From a virus, in the IMG/VR virus record IMGVR_UViG_3300042359_000621: DNA of 64,000 bases; one strand, 5' to 3'. This document shows positions 8,565 to 17,407 of this stretch, one piece after another. Position numbers and translations under genes: made by a program. Position 1 is the first letter of the stretch, and each line of letters opens with the position of its first letter. The notes under the pieces were generated by a model. The model was not told the origin of the DNA. It saw only the letters and a list, made by a program, of their open reading frames with translations, and did not search any database.

Positions 8565-9032
8565 TCAATATCTCCGCCTTAAATATTCTGCCAATAATAA
8601 CGCCTCTGCCCTCCCGTGATGTTTTTCGAGTTTAAGATTGTTAGTTTCACCTGGAAACATCTGCAACGCCATCACCCTTGACGCTTTCTTATCTTTTCCT
8701 ATTAGGCTGTAGTGCTTTTTCCATGCCTGGGGAGTAACAAACTCCATCGGGATTCCTAGCGTTGCAATAATCCCAAGCCAAATCCCAAAACCCATCCCAA
8801 AGTTAAAAGTAGAAGATACCCCTTGCTTGGGCATTGCATGAACATTCTCAATAATTAGGTGAGTATTGATGGTGATCATTTCCTTCAGTCCAGATGCCAT
8901 TAATGTCGGGTTGGGGCGTATCTTTCCACTAATCTTAATCACTGGACAGTCGAGAAATTTAACCTCACCATTAGAAATCCTACACACTGCCCCCGTCGCT
9001 CCGGGGTCAATTCCGATAAATGTTTTAGTCAT
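8565..9032 (-). CDS. RuvC-like Holliday junction resolvase
   Basis: N-terminal FIGIDPGATGAV, later ..ENVHAMPKQGVSSTFNFG.. and C-terminal ..HGRAEALLLAEY.. Confidence 0.75.
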   Translation of the reverse strand: MTKTFIGIDPGATGAVCRISNGEVKFLDCPVIKISGKIRPNPTLMASGLKEMITINTHLIIENVHAMPKQGVSSTFNFGMGFGIWLGIIATLGIPMEFVTPQAWKKHYSLIGKDKKASRVMALQMFPGETNNLKLEKHHGRAEALLLAEYLRRRY

Positions 9033-9345
9033 TATCCGTTGTTGTTTGTAAATAGTTGATAACAGATGGGCTATAGTCAGATATTAAAATTCTTTCAATT
9101 GCCCAAGAGAAGTTGTATTTATCAATTTTTTCACCAAGTCTTCTGCTTAGAATTTTAAATATTATTCTGATTTTATCGCCAATATAAGCAGATCCATAAT
9201 TTAGATTTTTGGCAATCTCAGGATAAGTATTGTCGTTTAATATTCCCTCGAGAATCTTTCTAGTCAAGCTATCAAGATGTTTTCCGGTCTCGGAAAATAC
9301 CAAACTATCAACCAACCAGATATATTCTAACTGTTCCCTAGTCAC
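9025..9345 (-). CDS. HTH protein (LuxR/sigma70-region-4-like)
   Basis: ..LTRKILEGILNDNTYPEIAKNLNYGSAYIGDKIRIIFKIL.. resembles the HTH at N-termini of cyanobacterial signalling proteins. Confidence 0.5.
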   Translation of the reverse strand: MTREQLEYIWLVDSLVFSETGKHLDSLTRKILEGILNDNTYPEIAKNLNYGSAYIGDKIRIIFKILSRRLGEKIDKYNFSWAIERILISDYSPSVINYLQTTTDND

Positions 9346-9628
9346 CTATAAAATCTCCCTCCGCATGGTAGATCCCATTATGAATTTTAAAACCTTCAAT
9401 ATTCTCGGTTTCAATATCCGAAAAACTTACCCGTTCACTAACCATCCAGATTAGTAATTTTTCTAAAGTGTCAAAAGCTGGAAGGTGTGGCAGTTCAAGC
9501 CTTAATCTATCGGGTGTTCCAAAAGCACCTTTAAAGTGAGTGCTGAATTTAAAGATAGAATAATGGCGATCGCTTACCCCTCTTGATATTTTTTCCACTT
9601 CATCGAGTAGGCATCCTAAGTTTTCCAT
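9338..9628 (-). CDS. hypothetical protein
   Basis: ATG at 9628 sits 1 nt after upstream TAG; preferred over the 9670 start. Confidence 0.45.
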   Translation of the reverse strand: MENLGCLLDEVEKISRGVSDRHYSIFKFSTHFKGAFGTPDRLRLELPHLPAFDTLEKLLIWMVSERVSFSDIETENIEGFKIHNGIYHAEGDFIGD

Positions 9629-9644
9629 CCTAAGTTTTCCATCC
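9613..9644 (-). repeat. 14-bp tandem duplication ATCCTAAGTTTTCC x2 (+ATCC)
   Basis: Perfect copies 9613-9626 and 9627-9640 spanning the stop/start junction. Confidence 0.9.
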
Positions 9645-9905
9645 TTTCTTAGCACTGTTGGCATCCGCAAAAGCTATATGATCTCGCGTTACCTGCCACT
9701 TGTAACGAGGTCTTAGTCCCTCTCCAATCCTAACACAATCCGAGTCTGTATCAGTCAAAGGAATCGCGCCGTTCTGATATTTAAACAGGGCTTTTGTTAC
9801 CCAGTTAATATCAGTTAATTGTTGATTTCCCCCGCGCTTTTTTGCTGTCTCAACAACTAATTCCGCGATCTCTGGATAATCTAATTTTAATTTTGCTTTT
9901 GCCAT
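9630..9905 (-). CDS. hypothetical protein
   Basis: ORF in leftward array. Confidence 0.5.
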   Translation of the reverse strand: MAKAKLKLDYPEIAELVVETAKKRGGNQQLTDINWVTKALFKYQNGAIPLTDTDSDCVRIGEGLRPRYKWQVTRDHIAFADANSAKKGWKT

Positions 9906-10068
9906 TAAGACTCCTGTTCGTTATCTATGGTTTTCTTCATTCCTGAGTTAACAGGTGTTAGTCCCTCTCGCCACGCCAACCATCGGGTTTGCTGGTTTAG
10001 TTTGGAGGCGTTATAGTCTTCTAGGGTGATGTTCCAATCCTCAATAGGGGAATAGTTTTAATTTTTTA

Positions 10069-10437
10069 TTATTTTAGATTGGAAAAAGAAATAGCTAATG
10101 TATTTTTTATCCCACCATATAAATCATAAAATTCGACAATTATTGATTCATTTGGTTTCATCACTCGATAACTTCTATCAAAATATCCTGAACAATAGTC
10201 TGTACCGTAATCTTTTTTACAAATAACACGAAAAGGGATATCTGAAGTGATGTTTAATTGTTGAGGTATATCTAAAGGATTTTTTATTATGTATTGTGTT
10301 TTTTTGTTTTTTGATATAAAAACTAGATAATTTCCTGAACGATTAAATATCGTTCTATTTTCATTAGCTAAACATAAATTAGCAAAAGATATGCTCAATA
10401 ATGTAACAGTCAATAGTGATAAAAACAGTTTTTTCAT
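10069..10437 (-). CDS. secreted small protein
   Basis: N-terminal signal peptide MKKLFLSLLTVTLLSISFANLCLA; AT-rich. Confidence 0.55.
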   Translation of the reverse strand: MKKLFLSLLTVTLLSISFANLCLANENRTIFNRSGNYLVFISKNKKTQYIIKNPLDIPQQLNITSDIPFRVICKKDYGTDYCSGYFDRSYRVMKPNESIIVEFYDLYGGIKNTLAISFSNLK

Positions 10438-10481
10438 TATTTTTTCTTGTTTTGTTTTATTGTAATTTTACCATTATTTTA

Positions 10482-12374
10482 CTACATATCAGGTAAAAAG
10501 TTTACACTTCTGAAACCATTAATTTCCTTGATTAGTTTTTGACCTAAACCAAAATTTTGCAATTCATCAAATATTAACTCAGTATTTTCAGCATTCAAAC
10601 CGAATTGAGTTCTGAGTGATGACTTGCGGTAACAGTCACGGGCGGGTATAGGTTCACCCTTAAATATTTCTTTGATAAAATTAAACACCGCTTGAGCTGA
10701 TGGTGAAAGTGTTTTATCCGGCAATACTTTATTGGCTGTACCATTCCACGAAGGTTTATATTTGGCTTGTAATTCAGATTCAAGGCTTAAACGCTTTTGC
10801 TCGTCCCAACCTTTTGTAATATAAAAAGCAACCTTCACAGATAGATTACCAACAGATTCAAGATGTTTCTTGACGTGATGTTCCCAATCACCTCGATTAT
10901 TCCAACGCCTCCAAAGGTCTTTAGATTGACCTATATAGAGGGGATTTTGATAGCCGTCAACAAATACACAGTATACCCCTGCTTCGTGTTGTGGTAGCCA
11001 CTGTAAACCACTGGGATAATCAATAGATTGCCATGTGTTGCAATCTAATGGGTTTATTGATTGCAGTACACTAGGAACATCTTTTTCAATCTTAGGGAGT
11101 GAAACCGTCTTAACGTCTATGGGTTTGTTTAAAAAATTAGGATTCAATAAACCTTCGGGGGCATTGCCTTTTTTCCTATACTCAACATGATGTTTGTGGG
11201 TTGGATGTTCGGCGATTTGATGTTGATTTGATCCACAAACAACAACAGGATAGGGAGCATTTTGGATATATTGAAATTCATGGGTGTCGTGCTTCCATAG
11301 ATTTTGAATTTCATTCCTAGCACTAGCGCCACAGAGGATTAAAAGGAAATTATTTCTAAACTTACCATCAATCCCTATGGCTTCAGTATTATGAGATTGC
11401 ATAAAACCGATTAAACAAATATCAAATTTCCTGGCGTTAGAAAGTTTCCGAATCGCATAAGTAAAGGTCTTAACTCTTTTTTCTTTGCTTTGTAATGGTT
11501 TGATAATATCTAATTGTGCTAACTCGGACATCGTGTCGTTAATCTCATCTAAACAAATTATTATAGAATGCCCGTCTTTTTCTTTCCGGTTTTCAACTTC
11601 TTCAATCAACCAGCACAAAATCTGATAAATTGTTTCAACATCTGATTCAATTCTGGGAAATCCCATCTGTTCCCAAATGGGATTCTTAGAAGCATGAATA
11701 TCCAAAACAATCACTTCGGCGGGTCTATGTTGAGTCAATTTACCAATCACGAAACCAGCGCCTAGAGATGTTTTTGCGCTCCCAGAATTTCCCCCGATCA
11801 ATATTCCCGAAGATTCATCTGCTAATTTATCCCAATTATAAAAGTTTAAGGTATTATCAGAGGGAATTTCACAGGGGACGAACGACAATCCATCAGAAGG
11901 AATATTATAATTATCTTGATTATATTCTGTAGAAATCTCTCGGTCTAAAACCATTAATTGATTCCGGCGAAGATTCCTTTCATTATCTTCTGGTTGGTTT
12001 TGTGGCGATGGTGGTGATGGTGGCAATATTTGATTATGGTTTTTGATTGGCGCGATCGCCTGTTGGCTTTCGTCTAAATATTTAATATCTCTAATTTTTT
12101 CTAATTCATATTCCATACCTAAACGTCGCAAAAATATAGCCTCGGTTTGTTCCTCTAATTTGGCTTGCAACTTAGATGATTTTTCTGCCTGACACCCCAT
12201 CACCCAACCCGCAACAGATAACACCGCACCAGCAGATGTTCCAACTATCCCTAATTGTGGGTTTTTGTTGATTGCCAAAGGTGAGAGAATTGCCAGACTA
12301 CAGCCAGCAATAGTTAGACCTATTGACCATGTTGACAGGTGAGGATTTTTTAAATGTTCAGGGGTGTTATTCAT
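10482..12374 (-). CDS. membrane-anchored FtsK/SpoIIIE-like P-loop ATPase fused to GIY-YIG nuclease
   Basis: Two N-terminal TM helices. Walker A GGNSGSAKTS; VIVLDIH; Walker B IIICLDEIND; FDICLIGFMQSHN. Then GVYCVF..LYIGQS..R..E..N (GIY-YIG). Confidence 0.7.
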   Translation of the reverse strand: MNNTPEHLKNPHLSTWSIGLTIAGCSLAILSPLAINKNPQLGIVGTSAGAVLSVAGWVMGCQAEKSSKLQAKLEEQTEAIFLRRLGMEYELEKIRDIKYLDESQQAIAPIKNHNQILPPSPPSPQNQPEDNERNLRRNQLMVLDREISTEYNQDNYNIPSDGLSFVPCEIPSDNTLNFYNWDKLADESSGILIGGNSGSAKTSLGAGFVIGKLTQHRPAEVIVLDIHASKNPIWEQMGFPRIESDVETIYQILCWLIEEVENRKEKDGHSIIICLDEINDTMSELAQLDIIKPLQSKEKRVKTFTYAIRKLSNARKFDICLIGFMQSHNTEAIGIDGKFRNNFLLILCGASARNEIQNLWKHDTHEFQYIQNAPYPVVVCGSNQHQIAEHPTHKHHVEYRKKGNAPEGLLNPNFLNKPIDVKTVSLPKIEKDVPSVLQSINPLDCNTWQSIDYPSGLQWLPQHEAGVYCVFVDGYQNPLYIGQSKDLWRRWNNRGDWEHHVKKHLESVGNLSVKVAFYITKGWDEQKRLSLESELQAKYKPSWNGTANKVLPDKTLSPSAQAVFNFIKEIFKGEPIPARDCYRKSSLRTQFGLNAENTELIFDELQNFGLGQKLIKEINGFRSVNFLPDM

Positions 12375-12717
12375 TGTTTCCTTGAGGTAAAGAGAAAAAT
12401 ATCCAACATGAAACCGTTATTGTTAATAATAAAATCCACAATAATAATCTTAAGACTATCCAAGATTGTCCTATTCCTAAAGCGTAAAATATGCCAATCA
12501 ATAAAGATATTGCACCGAATATCAACTCATCAGAATCGGTTGATTGTTGATTCTCTGATAACAAATAAACTGCCACGCCACCAACAATTGAACCCAGATA
12601 AAGACAAATTGATAATACTCTAACCTCTGGATAAGTTAGTGCGAAATGTGACAGTAAAAAGGAACAAGATAAACCTGTTCCAAAGATTGAAAACTTTTTG
12701 ACTTTCCATAGTTTCAT
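12367..12717 (-). CDS. multi-pass membrane protein
   Basis: 3-4 hydrophobic helices; 8-nt overlap with ATPase gene. Confidence 0.55.
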   Translation of the reverse strand: MKLWKVKKFSIFGTGLSCSFLLSHFALTYPEVRVLSICLYLGSIVGGVAVYLLSENQQSTDSDELIFGAISLLIGIFYALGIGQSWIVLRLLLWILLLTITVSCWIFFSLPQGNNE

Positions 12718-12723
12718 GTTCTG

Positions 12724-12746
12724 ATTGGGGGATGTTTCACCCCCAA
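12724..12746 (-). repeat. G5/C5 hairpin element, copy 3
   Basis: GGGGG(12727-31)/CCCCC(12740-44); related to copies at 21018 and 21381. Confidence 0.6.
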
Positions 12747-12752
12747 ATAAAT

Positions 12753-13268
12753 TTACAGTTTCATTGAGTTTTCAATTTTGTCCAACTGCTTCATCATCGC
12801 AACAGCCCCCGCATTTTCGTTAGCATAGTTACCAACAGCTTGCATTAAATATACAGCTTGAGTGTCAAGTTGTTTCTGAGTATTCAACTTTTCAGTAAAG
12901 CGTTTTAGAGAACCTTCAGCCACACCTTTAACATATTGTTGGTCAGCTTCGTACCATTCAGTCCGTGCTTTATCAACCTTCAATTGAGCTTCAACAATTA
13001 TCTTTTTATTGGATGCTGCTTTAATCGCATTCTCGGCGATAATCTTAGCTCCCTTAGCCTCATTCTCGGAGGGGTTGACTCGGTCGGGAATGTTGAATTG
13101 TTGGTCAAAATCATCGGTTCCTGCATAGCTGCGTTCACGGGTATAGGGGGTGATATCACCTTTTCCGGTAGGGGTCATCACTTTAGAGAAATTAGCACCC
13201 GTGCCAGCTTCTTTGATAATGTTTCCGGTTGAAAATCGACTGCGTAACCCGTCTAGTTTAGTTGCCAT
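12753..13268 (-). CDS. hypothetical coiled-coil protein
   Basis: Start at MATKLDG (13268) chosen to minimise overlap. Confidence 0.45.
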   Translation of the reverse strand: MATKLDGLRSRFSTGNIIKEAGTGANFSKVMTPTGKGDITPYTRERSYAGTDDFDQQFNIPDRVNPSENEAKGAKIIAENAIKAASNKKIIVEAQLKVDKARTEWYEADQQYVKGVAEGSLKRFTEKLNTQKQLDTQAVYLMQAVGNYANENAGAVAMMKQLDKIENSMKL

Positions 13269-13524
13269 TGATTTTACTCCACTCATTAAGTAATTGTTTT
13301 TTACAACCTTCACCACCTTTAGCTTTTAGGCATTTTTCATACCCTGAAAGATTGGCTACAGCTACAAACTTCTGAAATTCCTCTGTTGGTTTATTTGTTA
13401 ATCTGACAACTTCAGAAGTTATCAAGCCAACTAACAATAAACTCAACAGAGCCATTGACCAATTGAAAACGTGAAACCCTGTTATCTGGGGGGAGGTCTG
13501 GGTTTCAGATTGTTGTAAATACAT
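13258..13524 (-). CDS. single-pass membrane protein
   Basis: TM helix ..WSMALLSLLLVGLI..; abuts rhomboid stop. Confidence 0.5.
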   Translation of the reverse strand: MYLQQSETQTSPQITGFHVFNWSMALLSLLLVGLITSEVVRLTNKPTEEFQKFVAVANLSGYEKCLKAKGGEGCKKQLLNEWSKINGN

Positions 13525-14073
13525 TTAGTTTGTCTCCAATTTCTGACTGTTTGCATCTAAATACCCCGCTATCGCACCACCAATAAACCCTGCCAGATGA
13601 CCTTCCCAACTAATCCCTTGCGCAACCGATGGCAGCATTCCGCCGATTAAACCTTGAAATATTACCCAAGTGATTGTTGCACATACCAAATTAGGGAAAT
13701 CCAACCGGAATATAGCTGACAAAAGGCAAAATCCAAAAAATCCATATATCACCCCGCTTGCTCCTATATGATTTGAACCAGGTTGACCAAAGAACCAAAC
13801 ACCAAAGCCTTCAATTATTGAAATCAGCCAAAAGTTGTAATTAAATTTTCCAGGGGCTTTGAAAATTGTCAAAGTTGCCAATGGCAAATATCCGACTGTG
13901 TTCCCTATCAAGTGTTGGGGATCTCCGTGTAGGAATGGCGAGGTTATAATTCCCAACATTCCTATACCTTCCACTCCTGGTCTGATTCCAAAATAATCAA
14001 ATCCGGGGAAAAACATCTCTAAAGCCCACATTATTCCCAGATAGGTAGCTGCACACTTAAAATCTTTCAACAT
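13525..14073 (-). CDS. rhomboid-family intramembrane serine protease
   Basis: HGDPQHLIGN (HxxxxHxxxN), GASGVIYG (GxSG) and EGHLAGFIGG (catalytic His) in the canonical order. Confidence 0.85.
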   Translation of the reverse strand: MLKDFKCAATYLGIMWALEMFFPGFDYFGIRPGVEGIGMLGIITSPFLHGDPQHLIGNTVGYLPLATLTIFKAPGKFNYNFWLISIIEGFGVWFFGQPGSNHIGASGVIYGFFGFCLLSAIFRLDFPNLVCATITWVIFQGLIGGMLPSVAQGISWEGHLAGFIGGAIAGYLDANSQKLETN

Positions 14074-14077
14074 GGAT

Positions 14078-14230
14078 TTACCAGTCTAAAATTATCGAAC
14101 CCGGTGTTTGATTTTGTGGTGATTGTGTTTGGCGTTGGTTTGGTAAACTTAGTTTTCCAGAATAGAGGAAAAAAGCCAAGGCAACTAACGCAATACCACC
14201 CCAAATTAAATTCTGTTTGTTTTTTTCCAT
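14078..14230 (-). CDS. 50-aa single-TM protein (below ORF-track cutoff)
   Basis: Hand translation MEKNKQNLIWGGIALVALAFFLYSG..; its TAA lies 4 nt before the rhomboid ATG. Confidence 0.4.
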   Translation of the reverse strand: MEKNKQNLIWGGIALVALAFFLYSGKLSLPNQRQTQSPQNQTPGSIILDW

Positions 14231-14592
14231 ATTTTCCTTTGTTGTTTATCTGTTCGTTTTGAATTGTTCATAATATCGGTTACAAACAATGTTGTTATGG
14301 ATTGCAACTAACGGGGGAATTGTTAGGTAAATAAAAATTCCAAAAATCATCCATTGGATAATAAATCTATGGTTTATCGTTATCACAAATCCCCCTCTAT
14401 ATAAGCTCGACAAAAGGCTCCGGTATTGTCTGGGGTGCGATTATCGGTAATATCTGCACCCCCTCTCTTTAGGCAAATAAAATAAGTTAAGAACCAAACT
14501 ACTATCCAAAACATCATTTCTTTGCGTGTGTAAAAATTCCACATTGGTTTCTGTGATGTTTCAATTCTTGTTTAAATCAATAATAAAAACCA

Positions 14593-14844
14593 TCAGTTTC
14601 GATTATTGATAATCACAGGTGGGGATGGTTGACTAGGACGTTCAACATACCTTGCACCCCCCATAACAATCGGAGATATAAAAATCAAAAATATAAATCC
14701 TAGTGGTATCCACAAGATATCTGAAGACCAACCCCCAGATTTAATGTTTTGATTGGGTTGTTGTTGGCAATTATTAAAAGGTTGTTGCTGGTAGTTTTGA
14801 CCAGGAGCTTCATAATAGTTGACTTCGATTTTTGGCTTACTCAT
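14593..14844 (-). CDS. Q/N-rich protein with one TM helix
   Basis: ..ILWIPLGFIFLIFISPIVMGG.. Confidence 0.5.
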   Translation of the reverse strand: MSKPKIEVNYYEAPGQNYQQQPFNNCQQQPNQNIKSGGWSSDILWIPLGFIFLIFISPIVMGGARYVERPSQPSPPVIINNRN

Positions 14845-14871
14845 GATTTTCTCCTTTTAATTATTAAAAAA

Positions 14872-15147
14872 TTAATCGTTTCTGATGTTGTAAACAGTCG
14901 GTGCATTTCCTTGAGGAACAGAATAAGCACCTGAAGGCATTGCAGTAGGATTTATTTGTGGTCTTGCTAAAAAGTTTTGCAAAACTAAGCCTCCAACAAT
15001 TCCTAAAACTAACCACTGCCAACCTTTTAATTTGTCAAAGATATTGTCTTTCATTGTTTCATCCTCTCCTAATAGTTCGTTGATTAATGCTAATTTTTCA
15101 TAATCTTTATCAGAACAAACTTTCTGAGATAAGATTCTTTTTTTCAT
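14872..15147 (-). CDS. C-terminally TM-anchored small protein
   Basis: Start at MKKRILSQ (15147) avoids overlap with upstream gene; TM WQWLVLGIVGGLVLQNF. Confidence 0.45.
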   Translation of the reverse strand: MKKRILSQKVCSDKDYEKLALINELLGEDETMKDNIFDKLKGWQWLVLGIVGGLVLQNFLARPQINPTAMPSGAYSVPQGNAPTVYNIRND

Positions 15148-15157
15148 CTGTTTAAGC

Positions 15158-15478
15158 TCAGAAGAACTTAAAGATGATTGTGTTTTGACTCCCGATGTTG
15201 AATCTGTAACCTGGTAATCCTGAATCACCGTATCCGCGTTCTGCAATCTCTGGATTCTGTTGATACTGATGTGGTTCATATTCTTGAGTTTCTTGAGGTA
15301 ATGTGTACTCGTATTCTTGGGTTACAGTTCTGCGGTTTCGGCATGGACTTTGTGGCATGGTTTCTGTTTGCAAATAAGCATCTTGGTAGGTATACCCTTG
15401 GGGTAATTCAGATGCCATAGCTTGACCTGTCACGGATGTGACCAAGCACAAGACAAGGCTTGTGCCAAGTTGTGCCAT
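15158..15478 (-). CDS. secreted Q/Y/E-rich small protein
   Basis: Start at MAQLGTSLVLCLVTSVTGQAMA gives a signal-peptide-like N-terminus. Confidence 0.4.
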   Translation of the reverse strand: MAQLGTSLVLCLVTSVTGQAMASELPQGYTYQDAYLQTETMPQSPCRNRRTVTQEYEYTLPQETQEYEPHQYQQNPEIAERGYGDSGLPGYRFNIGSQNTIIFKFF

Positions 15479-15546
15479 GTTTTTTACCGGAATCACCGTA
15501 CCACATGACAGGTTGTCGTGAACCAACGGGAGAAGAATTGTATCCA

Positions 15547-15741
15547 TCATTTTGAGTCCTTTTCAATGAGATTAATAAACTGGTTTCTTGCAGAGAGTAG
15601 ACTGCAAATCCCGTTAGCATTTGCTTGAATCATCCAGAGGGCTAACCCGCCACCAATACCTGTTCCAATTATCAAGAGTATGATTGTATTTATCATTGAT
15701 TTCTTGATGTTGTTTGCTGTTTTTACGATAGATGACACCAT
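15547..15741 (-). CDS. single-TM small protein
   Basis: ..NTIILLIIGTGIGGGLALWMI.. Confidence 0.5.
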   Translation of the reverse strand: MVSSIVKTANNIKKSMINTIILLIIGTGIGGGLALWMIQANANGICSLLSARNQFINLIEKDSK

Positions 15742-15820
15742 GATTAAACCCTGATTATTGAACTAACAAATCCCTCCGTGCATAAGAAAAACTACTTCGG
15801 GATATTGTTTTTTAATTGGT

Positions 15821-16366
15821 TTATTTGCCCTCCGGCAATGCAAAGTAACCGAGTACGTTTTCACTTCCGGTAAGTTGAAATCGATCTGCTCTTTCGACCT
15901 CTCGAATCTCGGCATCAATAATCATTCCCACCTGATTGAAACAGGTTGTTACTTTTGCAAATTCAAAGCCTTGGGCAAAATGTTCTAAGACTTTATCCTG
16001 TAGTTTTTCCGCAGCCAGTTCAACAACCTTGGGGGCTATTTGTTCGGCTAGATTGTCAGCCATTTTGTCGATTGTTTCAGCCATTGATCCAGCCGCGTGT
16101 TCGGCTTTTCCGCCCGTTTTCTTTTGCTGTGATTGCAGGTCTTTAACGTACTTTTCAACAGCTTGGGAGACAGATAACGAGTGAGTTTGTTGTATCGCGA
16201 TGATTGAGGAAAGAATCGCTACCATCCCATTTTGAGGAACATTTGTTGCGTCAAAATGGAAATTTTCTACCAGAGAGGAAATGATTAATCTAGCTCTTTC
16301 TGGTTTGACTTTAACCGCAGAGGCGATCGCGTCAAGGTCGTAGTTTTGTTGAGTTTGTGCTGTCAT
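15821..16366 (-). CDS. hypothetical protein
   Basis: 4-nt overlap with upstream HTH gene. Confidence 0.5.
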   Translation of the reverse strand: MTAQTQQNYDLDAIASAVKVKPERARLIISSLVENFHFDATNVPQNGMVAILSSIIAIQQTHSLSVSQAVEKYVKDLQSQQKKTGGKAEHAAGSMAETIDKMADNLAEQIAPKVVELAAEKLQDKVLEHFAQGFEFAKVTTCFNQVGMIIDAEIREVERADRFQLTGSENVLGYFALPEGK

Positions 16367-16620
16367 AGTCCTCTTAATTTAATGTCGTTTAAAATCCGTT
16401 CACGGGTTCGAGTTCTTGCCCTGTTTTTGTACTCGATTAACTTGCTTGCAGCATCAGCCGAAATCATGCCGTCATTGGGTTGAAAATCAAATTCCTCTGG
16501 GCTTAAAACGCCTCGGAGGTCTTGACATAGGGTTCGGAGATAATTAACCGAAACTCCTAAACTCTCGGCTACCTGCTCACGGGTAAAATGGGTAATTTCC
16601 TCAATACTTGCGCTCCGCAT
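16363..16620 (-). CDS. small HTH DNA-binding protein
   Basis: ..FTREQVAESLGVSVNYLRTL.. Confidence 0.55.
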   Translation of the reverse strand: MRSASIEEITHFTREQVAESLGVSVNYLRTLCQDLRGVLSPEEFDFQPNDGMISADAASKLIEYKNRARTRTRERILNDIKLRGL

Positions 16621-16690
16621 AAATGATTACAAATCGTTTGGTTTCTGTTTGTTAAGCGAAATGAAACGCTTGACTAACAACAACAATAAA

Positions 16691-16708
16691 CCCCCTACAG
16701 AGAGGGGG
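16691..16708 (-). terminator. hairpin CCCCCT/AGGGGG plus T-rich tail (minus strand)
   Basis: Read on minus strand: CCCCCTCTCTGTAGGGGGTTTATTGTTG. Confidence 0.45.
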
Positions 16709-16743
16709 TCAATGTCATTTCGTCACTGGATGTCATTCTGTCA

Positions 16744-16959
16744 CTAATTACTCATTGTTTGAGCTAACAAAGATAGGTGACGACGGAAAACAACGTATTT
16801 AGGAGCGTTGTTATTGGAGTTGTTTTGATGTCTAAAAACCGTTCTCCGGTCGGCTCCTGTCTGAATGCAAATCCAATCAATAGATTTATTGTATTTGCTT
16901 ACAAATTCCTGAACCGATAGTTCGGTTGATGTTTGATATACCATTGTAATAGCCTCCAA
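16744..16959 (-). CDS. small HTH-like protein
   Basis: ..IQTGADRRTVFRHQ.. Confidence 0.45.
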   Translation of the reverse strand: MEAITMVYQTSTELSVQEFVSKYNKSIDWICIQTGADRRTVFRHQNNSNNNAPKYVVFRRHLSLLAQTMSN

Positions 16960-17025
16960 GTTGTGCTTAGTCGTGAACTTGTGGGTGGGATTGATCGGCT
17001 GTTATCCGATCAATCCCCTTTAAGT

Positions 17026-17295
17026 TTAAATTCGTGAATTTCGCCACGCTTCTATGCTTTCCCAACCGATAGGGATCAATGGGATTAAGTTGCTTGGTTT
17101 ATAGCATTTCTCATGAATCCGTCCAGCCTCTATACTGAATGACCTGGTACTCGGCGGGATCTCTTTTCCACACTCTACACAAACAACAGACTCGGGTTTG
17201 TAAGCAGTGGGATTCATTAGGTCTTTAAGCTCCTCTGGAGATGGGGTATATTCGTCGATATCCCATTCATCATCGCTATAGTTATCCATGTTCAT
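17026..17295 (-). CDS. acidic small protein with CxxC..HxxC
   Basis: Start at MNMDNY (17295); the longer 197-aa form overlaps the opposite-strand RHH gene. Confidence 0.45.
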   Translation of the reverse strand: MNMDNYSDDEWDIDEYTPSPEELKDLMNPTAYKPESVVCVECGKEIPPSTRSFSIEAGRIHEKCYKPSNLIPLIPIGWESIEAWRNSRI

Positions 17296-17407
17296 TTGAC
17301 TTGTTTTAAGGTGGGGTTGGGATTGAGGTGAGAGGGGTTGGAGCCTTCTCGCCTCTTTTAGCGTGATTAAAATATTGTACACTGAACAGTAACAATAATG
17401 GAACAAT

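Noticed and set aside
9338-9905. Single gene split by a frameshift caused by the 14-bp duplication
   Set aside because: Removing one repeat copy does not fuse the frames. The upstream TAG and downstream ATG both exist in a single-copy reconstruction.
10595-11332. Nested 62-aa ORFs inside the ATPase-nuclease gene
   Set aside because: They are same-strand alternative-frame ORFs wholly inside a gene with clear domain motifs.
15158-15620. Long forms of ORFs 15158..15550 and 15408..15620, and the 15279 start of the 14872 gene
   Set aside because: These forms overlap each other. Internal starts (15478 and 15147) give non-overlapping genes with a signal peptide or TM features. ORF 15408..15620 has no support.
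17376-17392. LexA/SOS-box-like sequence TGTACACTGAACAGTA
   Set aside because: It fits neither the cyanobacterial RGTAC-N3-DGTWCB pattern nor CTGT-N8-ACAG once aligned, so it is only a superficial resemblance.
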